NCBI GenBank assembly: GCA_051294375.1
Contig: CM119263.1
Coordinates: 7,674,635-7,738,634, forward strand
Reading direction: 5' to 3'
From: Paraspadella gotoi
Lineage: Eukaryota > Animalia > Chaetognatha
Length of the DNA: 64,000 bases
Shown here in pieces: positions 13,590 through 27,800 of the stretch (position 1 is the stretch's first letter; every line of letters starts with the position of its first letter). A model generated the notes under the pieces. The model saw nothing but the letters and a program-made list of their open reading frames with translations, made no database searches and was not told the origin of the DNA. A program made the position numbers and the translations under genes.

Positions 13590-14000
13590 ATGCTGCTTCT
13601 TTCTCTCCCTTACCCCCAGTTTGTTTCCTTTATTTTCAACCTTCTCCATCCCCCTACCGCCATTTCCACTCAGAAAAAAAACGAACAGCGCGTCGCGACA
13701 TAAAAATACGATGTTTTTTCCGGTGGATCGTAAAAAGTGTTTGCTTTTCAAAGTGGACGCCTGTACCTGTTGAGGCGGAATACGAGAGACGATTGAGACA
13801 CAGTTGATGTAACGACGTTTGACGGAACGACTTTAACAAAACAGTTTCGAAATTTCGTCCGAGTAGTAAGATTATACAAAAATAAATACAGATAGTGGTT
13901 GCTTACTGTAACCAACTTTTTCCTGAGAAATAGAAAGAATAGAAATAGAAAGAAATAGAAATGAGAAATAGAAAGATGAGAGAGAGAGAGAGACGAGAGA

Positions 14001-14037
<37 letters not shown>

Positions 14038-14061
14038 NNNNNNNNNNNNNNNNNNNNNNNN

Positions 14062-16983
14062 NTTTCTCAGGAAAAAGTTGGTTACAGTAACAACCACTAT
14101 ATGTATTTATTTTTGTATAATCTTACTACCGACGAATTTCGAACTGTTTGTACGTCGTTCCGTCAAACGTCGTTACATCAACTGTGTCTCAATCGTCTCT
14201 CGTCATCCCAGCCTCAGACAGGTACAGGCGTCCACTTTGAAAAGCAAACACTTTTGTCGAGTCCACCGGAAAAAACATCGTATTTTTATGTCGGCGACGC
14301 TGTTCGTTTTTTTCTGAGTGGGAAATGGCGNNNNNNNNNNNNNNNNNNNNNNNNNNNNNNNNNNNNNNNNNNNNNNNNNNNNNNNNNNNNNNNNNNNNNN
14401 NNNNNNNNNNNNNNNNNNNNNNNNNNNNNNNNNNNNNNNNNNNNNNNNNNNNNNNNNNNNNNNNNNNNNNNNNNNNNNNNNNNNNNNNNNNNNNNNNNNN
14501 NNNNNNNNNNNNNNNNNNNNNNNNNNNNNNNNNNNNNNNGAGGGTTTTTTGTTTGGAAAATTATGCTCTTTAAGCAGATTCAACTGTCGCAAAAAAAAAG
14601 TTTTGTATTTTCAGCTTTTTTTTTCGTTTACGTTTGAAAAAAATTGTAGGACGACGGTTCGGAAATTTAATCACGTTTCTCTGCTAGAAAAAACTTCTCT
14701 TTTATTAGGTTTACAAAATCGGTATCTGTTTATTACAGGCAAACAATTTTGGTTCGTTCGTTCGATATCGTCGCAAAATGTTCTTGTATCGTTCGGTAGG
14801 ATTCGGCATCGAGACTTTTTAAGTTTGTTGGCGTGTAAATGTAAACAAGATTTAGAAGAAAAAAAACTAAAACAAAAATATACTTGGATCGCTTGTTCAT
14901 AGGTGGAGTTTTATTTTAAAGTTTATCGTTTAACATACAAACAATTTGAAGCTTAAAGCTTTTAGTTCGCCCTGTAAAGTTTTTCGCCACAGTTTTTAAA
15001 TTTTTCTCTTTTTTACAATTTTATTCAAGATTATTCACTAAAACTGAACCGAATCTCATGCGTCGTAAAACATCGTAACCGAACCGAACCTACGAATCGT
15101 TACGATAATTATCCATCGCCACAAGACGCCACACCCCTCTCCCTGTTTTTCCCTTCTTTCTTTTCTTCCACAGAGTTTTCGTTGTAAAAATGGAAGGGAA
15201 ATCGGGTTTTGTTGGCTCGCCGCTCCTCTCTGGGGGAACGAGGGAAGCGGAAAGAAAAATGGAAAGGAAATGGAAATTTTTGGCTCGCGGTTCCGACGCC
15301 TCGCCCGCCCTGCTTGCCCCACCCGCCCGTCCCCCGCCCTGCCGGTCGTTCCTGACCCTACGTCGTCCCTGCTGCTCTAACCACATTGCTTTAACCCTGC
15401 CAAAACTCAAAACTTTTCTGCTCCCGCTCTCGTCACTGCGCCGCTCGAGTTATGTTTCCTCACTTAACTTCACTCTCCTCTCACTTTTCGCCGTGCCTTC
15501 CTCCCTTTTGCTCTACCCTTCTCCTCCTCCTTCTCTTCCTTCCACATCTGCCACTCCTCCCCACATTCGACGGAACCAAAGCGAGGTAGACGAATGATTG
15601 ATCTAATATGGCATCGTTCGTCTTGACCACGGCGAATATATCGCCATTATTTTAGTTTCGAATTTACCGCCATTCTTCTCTTTTTTTTTCTTAGATATTA
15701 TCTTTCTTTTTTTCCTTCTTTTTTNNNNNNNNNNNNNNNNNNNNNNNNNTTTTTGTGGAAATTATGCCTTTAAGCAGATTCACACTGTCGAAAAAAAAGT
15801 TTGTAATTTTCAGCTTTTTTTTTCGTTTACGTTTGAAAAAAATTGTAGAACGACGGTTCGGAAATTTAATCACTTCTCTGCTAGAAAAAACTTCTCTTTT
15901 ATTAGTTACAAAAATCGCGGTATCTGTTTATTACAGGCAAACAATTTTGGTTCGTTCTTCGTATCGTCGACAAAATGTCTTGTTCGTTCGGTTAGGATTC
16001 GGCAATCGAGACTTTTAAGTTTGTTGGTTCGTGATAAATGTAACAAGATTTAGAAGAAAAAAACTAAAACAAAAATATACCTTGGATCGCTTGTTCATAG
16101 TGGAGTTTTATTAAGTTTTTCGTTTAACATACAAAACAATTTAAGCTTAAAGCTTTAGTTGCCCTGGTAAAGTTTTTCGCCACAGTTTTTTAAATTTCTC
16201 TTTTTTTACAATTTTTTATTCAGCATTATTCACTAAAACTGAACCGAATCTCAATGCGTCGTAAAACTCGTCGCAAACCGAACCTACGAAATCGTTACGA
16301 TAATTATCCATCGCCACAAGAACGCCACAACCCTCTCCCTGTTTTTTCCCTTCTTTTCTTTTTCTTCCACAGATTTTCGTTGTAGAAAATGGAAGGGAAT
16401 CGGGGTTCTTGTTGGCTCGCCGCTCCTCTCTTGGGGGAACGAGGAAGCCGGAAAGAAAAATGGAAAGGAAATGGAAAATTTTTGCGCTCGCGTTCCGTAC
16501 GCCTCGCCCGCCCTGCTTTGCCCCACCCGCCGCCGCCCGCCCTGTCGGTCGTTCCTGACCCTACGTCGTCTCCTGCTTCGCTCTAACCACATTGCTTTAA
16601 CCCTGCCAAAACTCAAACTTTTCTTCCCGCTCTCGTCCTGCGCCGCTCGAGTATGTTCCTCACTTAACTTCACTCTCCTCTCACTTTTCGCCCTGCCTAT
16701 CCTCCTTTTGCTCTACCCTTCTCTCCTCTCCTCTTCAACTCTGCCCTCCTTCCACATCGCCACTCCTCCCCAACATTCGACGGAACCAAAGCGAGGAGAC
16801 GAATGATTGATCTAAATATGGCATCGTTCGGTCTTGAAACCCACGGGCGAATAATATCGCCATTATTTAGTTTCGAATTTACCGCCCATCTATCTCTTTT
16901 TTTTTTCTTAGATATTATCTTTCTTTTTTTTCCTTCTTTTTTTTTGTCCTCTTCTCTCGCTCTCTCTCTCATCTCTCAATCTC

Positions 16984-17033
<50 letters not shown>

Positions 17034-17612
17034 CATATAAAAACCATTTCAGATGATTACAGCGAGACCGCCTCCGTCGCGCCGGGTAGTCTTTATCAAC
17101 GTCGTCTTCTTTCTTTTCCTCATAACCATTTAGAAGGCGAAAAATTCACCGGATGTGGTGGGAGTGTTATTGTTGACATCTGGGGGTGGTTGTGTTGGAG
17201 GAGTGTCGAGGTTGTCAACTTGGAATACATAGTTACGAAGCCGGTTTAAATTTTACGTTATTCACCCTGCCCGGCCCGTGCCGAGCATAGATTAGCGAGG
17301 CAGAGACTGGGAGAGTGGTTATTGTCATTAAATTTATTAAAATTAAATTAAATTAAATTAAATTAAATTAAATTAAATTAAATTAAATTAAATTAAATTA
17401 AATTAAAATTAAATTTAAAGCGTTCTCTTCGAAACGTGTTCAAACCTTTTTGTATTTCCGGTGACCTGATATATTCGAGAAGACGTTATCGATTGTCTGA
17501 AATCGCTGTGTTATTTCGCTCGACAACCGTTCACGAGTCGTTAGCAGCGATTCCTGCCACTGTGCGCGAATGCTCTGACCAGATTGGATGGATGGGGGAA
17601 AGTCCAGAGGAT

Positions 17613-17661
<49 letters not shown>

Positions 17662-17921
17662 GGAGAGAGAGAGAAAGTTTTTATCGCGTTCAGATAATGT
17701 TTATGCAAATCCGGTCGTTCTCATTCTTAGGAATAATGTAACTCTGCTTAAAGTGGAATGAGGCTCGTTAGCGGAGCTTAGCATGAAAGATAGGCAAAAC
17801 ACTTTGTCCCAAATCGCTTCTCCGACTTCAACGATTTTTTTTCTTTGAGCATCACGGTTTTTTTTTATTCAACATTTTTATCTGTTTTTGAATTATTTGT
17901 TTATTTATTTTATTTATTAAT

Positions 17922-18012
<91 letters not shown>

Positions 18013-19521
18013 TCAATTCATTTGTTTACTTTATTTGTGATATTGATGAAGCTATTATAATTTTTTTTCATGTCATTCAATAAATTATTTTATTAAATTA
18101 AAGAAAAACTAATATAATTATATATTTTTTTTTTTAAAACTCAATTTTTTCAGTCGATCATTTCTACTGTTTCACTTTATTTTAAAATTTTGCCCACGCC
18201 CAACCACACCTGGTATTCCCTGAAACTAAACCCACGCCAAATGTATTTTCCCCGGATGTAACTGAACCCGACGAATGTATTTTTCTTTCGCCGACAGGTT
18301 TCCGCCTCTCGAAGAACCAAAGATGAGATCTGAGGGATTTAGATCCCCGAGAACTCGTATAAGTTAATGACGTCATCAGGAAATGAAAAGATGGCGCGCG
18401 CGAGACAAAATGGCTGCCAAGATGGCCGCCAAAATGGCCGGCGGCGAGAAAGGAGGGCCGCCGTCGATTCTGATCAAGATTGATTAATCCAAACACGAGA
18501 CGAGAAACCGTAAGACGGTCGAGTTATTAAACCCGAACGACGATGCAAAGAAGAAAAAAAAATCTAAGATGAGAAAAAAAAAATCGTCTAAATTTTCTGA
18601 AGGCGGGCGAGTAGGAAGAAAACCTTCGTCTTTCTTCATTCTAAACTCTCCTATTTATCCTCACCTATTTTCTCCTCCTATTTTCTTCGCCTTCTTCATC
18701 TCTCTTCCGCGTTCCAATTTCTTTTCTTCCTTCCTTCCTCCCTCGAATCAACATCAACCGACGCACGCCCTCTCCTCCGTTCATCTTCAAACCAGCCCTC
18801 CGCTCCCCTCCCTTCCACCCCCCACCCTCTCCGCGACTTCACCCGTCTCCCTTTTTTCTCGTTTGACGCGATTTCTCTAATTCGAGAAGAGAAAACCGCG
18901 TTCCAGAGATAGGACTTCGCGGTCCATTTGGCGCCGCCTCATCAGGTCAGATATCGGAGATTCCCGATTCCTTCTCGTGTTACATAAGTGGGAACTCTTT
19001 TGCTTCCGGCAGCCTTCCTCTCGCCCATTCGCTTCCCCACCCCCGTTGACGGCCGCAGACTCCGCAGCCGCCGCCGCAGCCGTCGACACCACCTCGATGC
19101 CCGCGCAATGAATCCCATTTCCCATAAGTGGCATCTTCATCTCGTCCTCAACTTTTCGCCGCAACTAACGACTTCCTTTTTCTAACGGTCACCGCGAACC
19201 CCACCCTACCCCCGCCTGTCTACCCTTTTTTCTTGATACGCCGGGACCACTTAACCCCGCCGAGCCCTTGGCCACGGCACGTCGGGCACGCCAATATCGC
19301 CGTTGATTCCTCGATCACAATAAGTCCCCCTTTCGTCCTTTTTCTTATTCTCCTTATAGGATTTCACCCTCTCACCCTTTTGAATTTAAACCCTCCTTAA
19401 GCGTCTCCCCACCTTCCAACCCTCCCCCCATCTCTCCCCCAACGGATTTCCGCCTCCCAATGTGGCATAAGGATCGTATTTCCTTCTTCGCCTCCTAACG
19501 ACGACTGTAACGTTGGCGATC

Positions 19522-19569
<48 letters not shown>

Positions 19570-19985
19570 CTCTCTCTCTCTCTCTCCTCTTTTTTACTTC
19601 CACATCTGCCGAAGAAGGAGGTATATCACCTGAAAGAGATAGGTAAGAGAAAGACAAAGATGCAAGAGGCAAAGAGTATCGAAGTTTAGAATTCTCCAAA
19701 AAAAATAATGGTCTTATATTTTTCTCGGGAGGGCGTGGCTAGACCTCTCTCTTCGACGAAACCCCCCCCCATCCTCGAACTCACGCGTCTTTCAATTTCC
19801 TTTTTCTTTCTTCCTTTTATTTCTTTTTTTTTTCCGACCCCGCAGGTTTTTTTTTTCTATTTTCGTAGTTTATTGCCTCCATAAAGTGTTGACCATTCTA
19901 GACATTCCGCGGTCCTGATTATCCCTTGTCCGATACACATCGCATTGGACTTGCAACACTTTTCAATCCCGCTTTCTTTGTTCCG

Positions 19986-20030
<45 letters not shown>

Positions 20031-23000
20031 CGGAGAGCTGGAGCGGGTAAATGGATGAGGTCGGAGAAGGGCGGAAGAGGGGAAGGGGAAAATGGTGACA
20101 ATATTACTATTTGTTGACACCAGTTGGGGCAGTTGTGGGGCATTTAGATGCTATACTGGCTGCAAGGCGTCCGCAGCGGAAAAAAATAAATAGGTAATCA
20201 TTAAAAAATTTCAAACATGATTATAGGTTGTCTCCCCAAATTGACAATCTTGGTTATGGATAGTAAAAACATATACATGAATCGCAGTAATATTTGAATA
20301 TGAATTGAATATAGTACATTCTACAGGCTTTTTGGTTGAGTACATAAGTACATAAGTAAACTGTAAACAATTCTATTCATATTCATAGACATAGCATTCT
20401 ATGCATACTATTCATTGCATAGTCTCGATGTGTCCTGCGGTGAAGCTTTTGGTCTTTTGTTTTTTTTTACCATGAAAGGTCGAAGCCCCAAGTCAGTGGC
20501 GGACTCGACCGACGATTATGCGAACTCCTGCCGACTGGGGAGGATCCGGAAGTAGACTTGGGCTGAAAACGTTACGTATTACGCGAATTTTCTGGATTTA
20601 TACTTTCCTGAAGTCCTGAAGTCGTGAAGCAGTTTGGGTCTCGAAATAGGCCGGATTCCGGTAAAGATTATTTGGAAATACAAGATTTCTCCGAATACTG
20701 CTCAATATTTGTAAAACGCGGAACGATTTTTATCGGACATTGACGCCTGTACTACATCATTCCCATGTTAAAAGTCTTTGCTTTTTAATTTTTTTGTAGT
20801 AATTCGTTACTGCATTCCTCGTGAGCATTTGAAAGCCGCCGTTAAAAAAAATTTACCAAAGGAAAACGTGAAGAGATTTTAACATTTTGAAAAAAGATAT
20901 ATCAAGACATGTATAAATTTCTTGATAATTGAATTTGTTTTGAATTCCTAATAAGCGAAAAAAGATTAGGAGCAAATACGAGCTTTTCAATCAGAAATAA
21001 AGGGAAATTCGCTACCTGGAATTGATGGCTCTGTTAAACAAGTATAATCTCACTATGTGTTAAAATGGATATCATAAGAAAGCCTGTTAAAAATTGATTC
21101 GGGAATATTGATTATAATTTCTTAAAAGTAATATACCTTGCTATTTTAAAATTAAATTAATCATATTTTTATACCTTATAATTTTTTTATATTACAGAAT
21201 CGGAAAATATATAATAGTATATAGTTTTAAAGGGCTTTCTGGCAATATAAATATTATTGTTATTTTTTAAAAAACTTTTATATAAATCGTCCAGAAAATA
21301 AGACAAATTTTTTTGATTCAAAAACATTATGCTATCGAGCAGGGAGATCGTTTTCTAAGCTATCTTTTAACTCTTTCTGTTAAAGTAGAATTAAACCGAA
21401 AGAAATGATATTTATACATATAAAATGAGCGTTTTGTCTTTAAGTATCTTTTTTCAAAATATTAAAATCTTTTCACGTTTTCCTTTGGTTAATTTTTTTT
21501 AACGTCGGGTTTCAAATGGTCACCTTGTACTGAAGCATTGCTGCTAAATCGTGTTAAGTTTAAAACCTCTTACTCTTAGCGTATGATATCAATAACTAAA
21601 AAAAATTTACTCGTAATACCGATACGTTTAAATATCTTCGGTGAAAATTCACTCGAATTTAAATTGATCAGATCATTCATTAAATTGATTGAATTTTTTT
21701 TCCCGATGCATTTGTCTTTCGGGTAAATTTTAGACATTTCCAGCGGCCTATGGGAAAATAATAAATAAAATGAGAAAAGAATAACTAGGAATGTAACAAC
21801 AAAGATATCAAATTTGGATAAATGATCTGGGACCCGTATCGTTTATCCATATCACAGATTATAGATAATTGAATTTTATATATTTTAAGGAAATAATTTT
21901 TTTAAATTGTATTTGAAAATTTAAAATTTAATATTTTATTTAGACATCGTTATTTCCTTTCGTTTCGTTGTGTTTAGATGATAAAGGACGTTTTAAAATT
22001 GTTCAACAACGATTTTATTTGTATAAGACGGACATGTTTCGGCTTTAAATGTACAAGCCTTCATCGGCGTCAAAGATATTTTTAAAATATATTTAAAAAT
22101 ATATTTAAAATATAAATATATATTTTATTAAAATCAAATTTTATATGCTTTAATTTACCATATCTTTAATTTTTAAATTTATTTTAAATGTTTAAATTTA
22201 TTTAAATTTAAAACTTTTTTATTTACCGTAATTACCAATTTTAATTTTACTTTAATTTTAATATGTAACTTTATAATATAATAATTAAGCTTTTAATTAA
22301 TATTTATAATACTTAAAACTTGATAAATGAATCTTTATTAAAAACCATCCTCTTCCTTCGAATGTTAATTTTATTAGAAAAACCTGGCTATTCCCTTTCT
22401 CGCTACAGATGTCTAAAACTTACCAATGCCGTCTTTCGTTGTTATCACTACACCGTAGTGACTAATTTTCTTCCATTAGTTTCTCCAGTTTTCTTTACGA
22501 TCACTTTACAAAATATGGATATAATGTTTATCCGACTAAATTAAAGACAAAAATCGGGATTTAGTCTTTGGGTACAAGTGGGGGAGAGGCAATCAGAAAA
22601 ACTCAAATGACAAGCTTGCATTTTTTCATACATTTGTTTCTCTTATTATTTATTTATTACATTTAATCCCCTTCCCTGACTATTCTTTTTAGTTTTCATT
22701 ACTTAAGACACTTCTCCAATCATTTGATTTGTCCTTTTTCCAAATTTTTTTTCGGCTTCTATGTACTTTAATTGCGTTTCTAACTTCTGTTTTTATTTTT
22801 CGAGCTTTCTAACCACGCTCTGACGCAGAGATTTAAATTTATTAACCGCCGGGGTCATCTATTATTTTGCGACTCGGATTCAAATTGACAATAACAGGAC
22901 TTTATACAACTATCTAACTTTAAAAAGAACAAATTTTAACAGTTTGTGCCGAGGGCTTTTTTTTGATGCCTGATCGCAAAGGATATAATTTTGACGTTTT

Positions 23001-24861
23001 TCACTGGGTCTGCGAATCGGCCCTGAAACGAAAAAATGTCCCGAATTGAACTGCGGTGGTACGAGGCCGTTCTCGAACGAATGAATGAAATTTGACTGTG
23101 TGAACCTCATCTTCTGACAGTCAACCCAATTTCCGTCCAACGCAAATAAACCACTTTCGTATTTATCTTTCGTTGAAGCGATGCGAGATAAAGAATCTTT
23201 CCGGCCCCGCTATTCGATTCGGTGAACGGTCTAAACTCTACAGTCTCTGCGTTCCCGTTTTCTGAGATTAAAAAAAAGAATCCCTTTTCCATGAGCATGA
23301 ATGTTTACCGAAGCCTTCATCGTAATTTTGCTTTTTCATAAAATGTTTTGTTTGAGGGGAAAGTTGTTTTTAAGACATTTTAATACGTAAATTATTACTC
23401 TCCACGATTCGAAGTTAATGACAACGTAGAAATTTTGATGGTTTTTTTTAAATAAAAAAGAAAATTTGGTTTAAATTAAAACCCTTTCGTCTTCCTTGGG
23501 ATTTTGGATTCGACACGTACGAGTTTAGTTTTAGGATTTAAAAAGATTTATTCGGAATGCAGCCTTCCGTATTTTTGCGATAAATTTACCGAACATTAGC
23601 GTTTGAGAGATAATTAGACTAATTAACTTTTGAAGTTGAGTCTCGCGGTTTTTTGTTCACTTCCCTTTTAGGCGGCTTCTGGGCGGAAAAGCATTTTGGT
23701 CGGACAGTCATCCATCAAACCTTTTGCCATTCTCAATAAATTTGCTAATTATAATGAGTGAGAAGTGACTAATGTACTGAATACAATTAAAATAAAGGAT
23801 AAACCCTTTTCGAATGTTCTTACACTTATTATTCATCCTCGTTTTGAAAATGAAAAAAAAAATAAATTCACTACACATGGCGAACACTAACCGATTCGGG
23901 AATCTCAGTCCCGTCATCGATTTTAATTTTTTTTCTTCTTTTAAATCACAGAACTCGGGAGGGAAACCAAACAAACATTTTTCTCTCTATCTCTCGCCCA
24001 TCGTTGGGTTTATCTCCGCGTTCATGAGATTGACTTTTGCCGATGTGAAACTTCGATTCTTGGAGGAAGAGGAGGAGGGGCCGGAGTCTTCGAGAGGCGC
24101 TGCTCCTCCTCCGAGGACCGAGACGATGACGACGACGCTCAGGACGACGACGGCGAAGATCGAGTAACTTTTTTTTTCTTCCGATGGAGACTCGCGTCTC
24201 GGTCTCCAGATTCTCTCCGCCGGAATCCGCTTCTTCTCCGCCGGAAATCATGGGGAAGGACCACCTGGACATCGTTGCCGCCGTACGCGCCGACGACGCC
24301 GCCGCCCTGCAGAAGCTTCTCTCCAGACCCCGAGCTAAGTCGGGCAAGATGGGCCTCGGGTCCGGAAAGAAGTTAAACGTGGATTGGCGGGACGAGGACG
24401 GCCTGGCTCCGTTGCACCATGCCGCACTTGGCGGGAACGTTAGAATCATCGCGCCGCTGATTGAAAGCGGCGCCGCTGTCGACGTCGGTGACGATAAGGG
24501 GCTCCGCCCGCTTCACTACGCCTCCTGGAAAGGACACGCAGATCCCGTTAAGCTCCTTCTCGACGCTGGGGCGGAAGTGGCTCCTCAGTCGGGCCAAACC
24601 AAAGACACCCCCCTTCACCTTGCCGCCCAACATGGACACTATGACGTGGTGGCTTTGCTGGTGCATCATCGAGCAGGTGAGAGAAGTTGTGGGGAAAAGT
24701 TTGGTAATAAAAAAGTAATACTTTTCTATGGAGACGAGATAGATCCATTTTCACTCTTATTTTCCGCCCTTTTATTTTTTTATTTTCATTATCTTTCTTT
24801 ATTTGCTCCTATTCTCTTTTTTAATTTTTTCTGTCATTGCCTCTATGATCTATCTAAATTC
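14062..24861 (+). repeat. Right arm of inverted duplication; contains N gaps and an extra tandem copy of a ~1.2-kb segment (14540-15724 repeated at 15750-16930)
   Basis: Colinear reverse-complement match to 4011-13930 with frequent 1-bp indels. The segment starting ggaaaattatg..ctttaagcagatt occurs at ~14555 and again at ~15757, on either side of a 25-N gap. Confidence 0.93.
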
Positions 24862-27800
24862 CATTCCCTCAGTATTATTTTATTATAACTTTTCTCACAT
24901 TTCACCAACTTTTTTACTTTGTTATTTTTCATTTTTTCAATATTCATGTTATTCCCTTTCTTTTTCTCTATGCAGTCTGCTACATATTTAAAACAATTTT
25001 TTTTAAATCTTGTATTTTCAAAATTTTTAACTTAATTACCAAAACGAAAAATTACGTGTTATCAATAATATTCAACTCTTCATAACTGTCGGCTTTCGCT
25101 TTAAACGAATAGAAATATTTCAAAAAGAACTTTTTGAGAGAACCTCTTCATCATAAGTTGCCGCAAACCCTTTTATCTCTTTCCCCGTTGAACTTTTTTC
25201 CTCACCCACCATCTTTTCTCTCTCTTTTCATCCCTCGTAAGATTTTATTTTGATTTCGCCCTAAAAATAAAGGAATTTTCTCTCCCATATATTTCCCGTC
25301 CTTTTTCATCTTTCTCATCGTTTCTCTCAGATCCGACGGTAACGAACTCGGCTTCGAAGAACGCGTTGGATCTGGCCTGTGAATTCGGCCGCAGTCGCGT
25401 CGTCGATCTGCTGCTGAAAAGCAACCTCTGTGATAAAATAATCCGGGATCAGGAACACCCTAACCTCGATTTGCTCAACAAAGAAAAAACGACATGTCTT
25501 CATCTCGCCGCCAAAAACGGACACATCGATGTCATCAGACTCCTTTTAGGTAGCGAAATGTGTTGATGGGCTCTGACCTCTCGCCGCCGGTCAAAATATA
25601 TTTTAATCCATTGTAAAAAGCAAGAAAGTAAATAGGCGAAGACAAAATTTGCGAGACAAATTTGTTTGGCAGTAAATTTGCGAGACAAATTTTTTTGGCA
25701 GTATCCTTACTATTTTGACTTGTCAACTCCCTTTTAAAATCTGAACTAATTTATTTTTTTAAACGAATTTAGGTTTATTTAGCAAATTTAGTAATCTCGA
25801 AATAATTTAACTGGTTTTCCTTAAAAAAAATATTGAATCTACTTTGAAAAAAAATATTTCTAGATATTGTTTGCTGTAAAAGAGTCATAATTACACACCA
25901 TGTTTTTATTTTCGCAGACGCCGGAATGGATATTAACCGCCAAACGATGAACGGAACTTGTCTCCACGAAGCCGCGCTGTGCGGAAAGATCGACGTCGTG
26001 CGGCTGCTGCTGGACTACGGCGTGGACGCGAACCGGCCAAACTCCTTCGACCAGACGGCTCTGGACATCGTCAACAAATTTACGACGTCAAGGGCCGCCA
26101 AGGACATGAAGCAGCTCCTGAGGGAGGCTTCTTTCGCCATCCAGGCGCGGGCCGTTCAAGACTACCACAACGCCTTTGACCCAGCTAGCCTCGGCTTCTC
26201 CAAGGGGGAGCTGGTCACCGTGCTGGAACGAAATCCCGACGGACATTGGAAGGGGTTTTGTTCCCGTGACGGGCAACTCACGAAGACGGGGTTTTTCCCT
26301 TCGGCCTTTGTGGAGATCATCGGCGATCGCGGAGAAGATCGTCGGGACGATAGAGATTCCGTCGAGGTCACGGATGAGAAATCCGCGCGCGACGACCGCC
26401 GCCTCGCTGACCAGCCGGCGTATTTACAAAGAGGAGTTCCGTCGAGACCCGTGGCGGCCGCGATCGGGCAACCGCCGCAACAGCAGCTGCAGCGACAGTT
26501 TGTTCGCGCGGAATCACGAGAACGCACCCATCCCCCTTCGCCCGACGGCCAAGTCAAACATCACTTGAGCACTAACTATGCTTATGGGCCGCAACAGCTC
26601 GTCAACGATTCCCCTGTCAAAGATTCCGGCGGCAGTTCGCGGAATTCCACTGTCAGCGTGGATTCCGGTCGCAGCTCCGTCTTCAAGAACAACTTGAGTG
26701 CTCGGCATGGCGGAGGCAGCTCCGGCGTTTCTTCCTCTTCTGGCGCGTCCTCCGGCGTCGGTAGTCTCCACAACGGCTCTGGTGGAAATTGCAGTGGACC
26801 TCTTCAGCCTCCCGGTCATCGCCTCTCCTATGAATCCTCAGCCAGCTCGTCCAGACATTCTTACCATAGTTCCTCCTCCAGTCTGGGCTCGCTCGACAAG
26901 GTTTTGGAAGAGAGTTCCTCCACTGTTAACGTTCTTGATCTCTTCCAAAAAGGGTGGTCTGATCAGGAGGTTTTGGCTGCCTGGCTAACAGACCTTCGCT
27001 TTGAAGATTATGTCAATAACTTTCTCCAAGCGGGTTACGACATGCCCACGATCACGCGAATGACGCCGGAGGATTTGACGGCGATCGGTGTCACAAAGCC
27101 GGCGCATCGAAAAAAACTCAAGGCTGAGATTAGTCAGCTGAACATCGGCGATGGAATTCCCGACTACAAACCTGACGAGTTGCTCGAGTGGTTGACCCTT
27201 CTCAGGCTGGAAGGTTACCACGAAAGCTTGCTTCAACAAGGCTACGAAACGGTTGACGATATGCTCGACCTCATGTGGGAGGACCTTGAGGAGATCGGAG
27301 TATCCCGTCTCGGCCATCAGAAAAAGTTAATGCTCGCCATTAAATTCTTGCAAAATCCGTCGATTAAAAAGCGAGCAAGTTCTTTAGAAAGGGACAAGCA
27401 ATCCTTTGGTCACTACGCCTCCCCCATCCACCAACTTCATGTACCGCAGTCTTCCAACCGTTTATCGGCCTGTAGTAATTCAAGCAGTTACAGTCACGAC
27501 ACTCTCGACTCTCGCGGGCAGTACGCTGATGATAACGTTTATGCGCCGCCGTCGGAGATTGTTCATCTCCGTCAAACCTCTGCTCAGCAAGAGTTGACGC
27601 AACCCGACATCGTCGCCATTCAAGTTCGGAATTCGGGTGGTAGTTTTCGCCTCTCGCAACTCTCGGGCGACTCAGTTTCAACGTCGGAACAACATCAGGC
27701 AACGCATAGAACATTCTGCAGCCCGACTCGCCGAACGCCGTCGTTCGATAGCGACGATCATCACTACGCGACCATGGCGACAATCGATCGTGACTCCACG

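Larger units (their letters stand above)
4011..13930 (-). repeat. Left arm of ~10-kb-arm inverted duplication (reverse complement of 14062-24861)
   Basis: gaatttagatagatca at 4011 is the reverse complement of tgatctatctaaattc ending at 24861; ...ccaactttttcctgagaaa (to 13930) is the reverse complement of tttctcaggaaaaagttgg (from 14062). Internal landmarks mirror each other: (TAAA)n at 11180-11300 vs (TTTA)n at 17900-18010, and (TTTAA)n at 11790-11880 vs (TTAAA)n at 17330-17420. Confidence 0.95.

Noticed and set aside
66-20143. Many ORFs rich in LSLSLS / RERERE / FIYL / X
   Set aside because: They are translations of (CT)n, (GA)n and (TTTA)n microsatellites and N gaps, not genes.
24184-24249. 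Upstream in-frame ATG extending CASKIN by 22 aa
   Set aside because: Homology begins at MGKD (24250), which also has a purine at -3 and G at +4; the extension is possible but unsupported.
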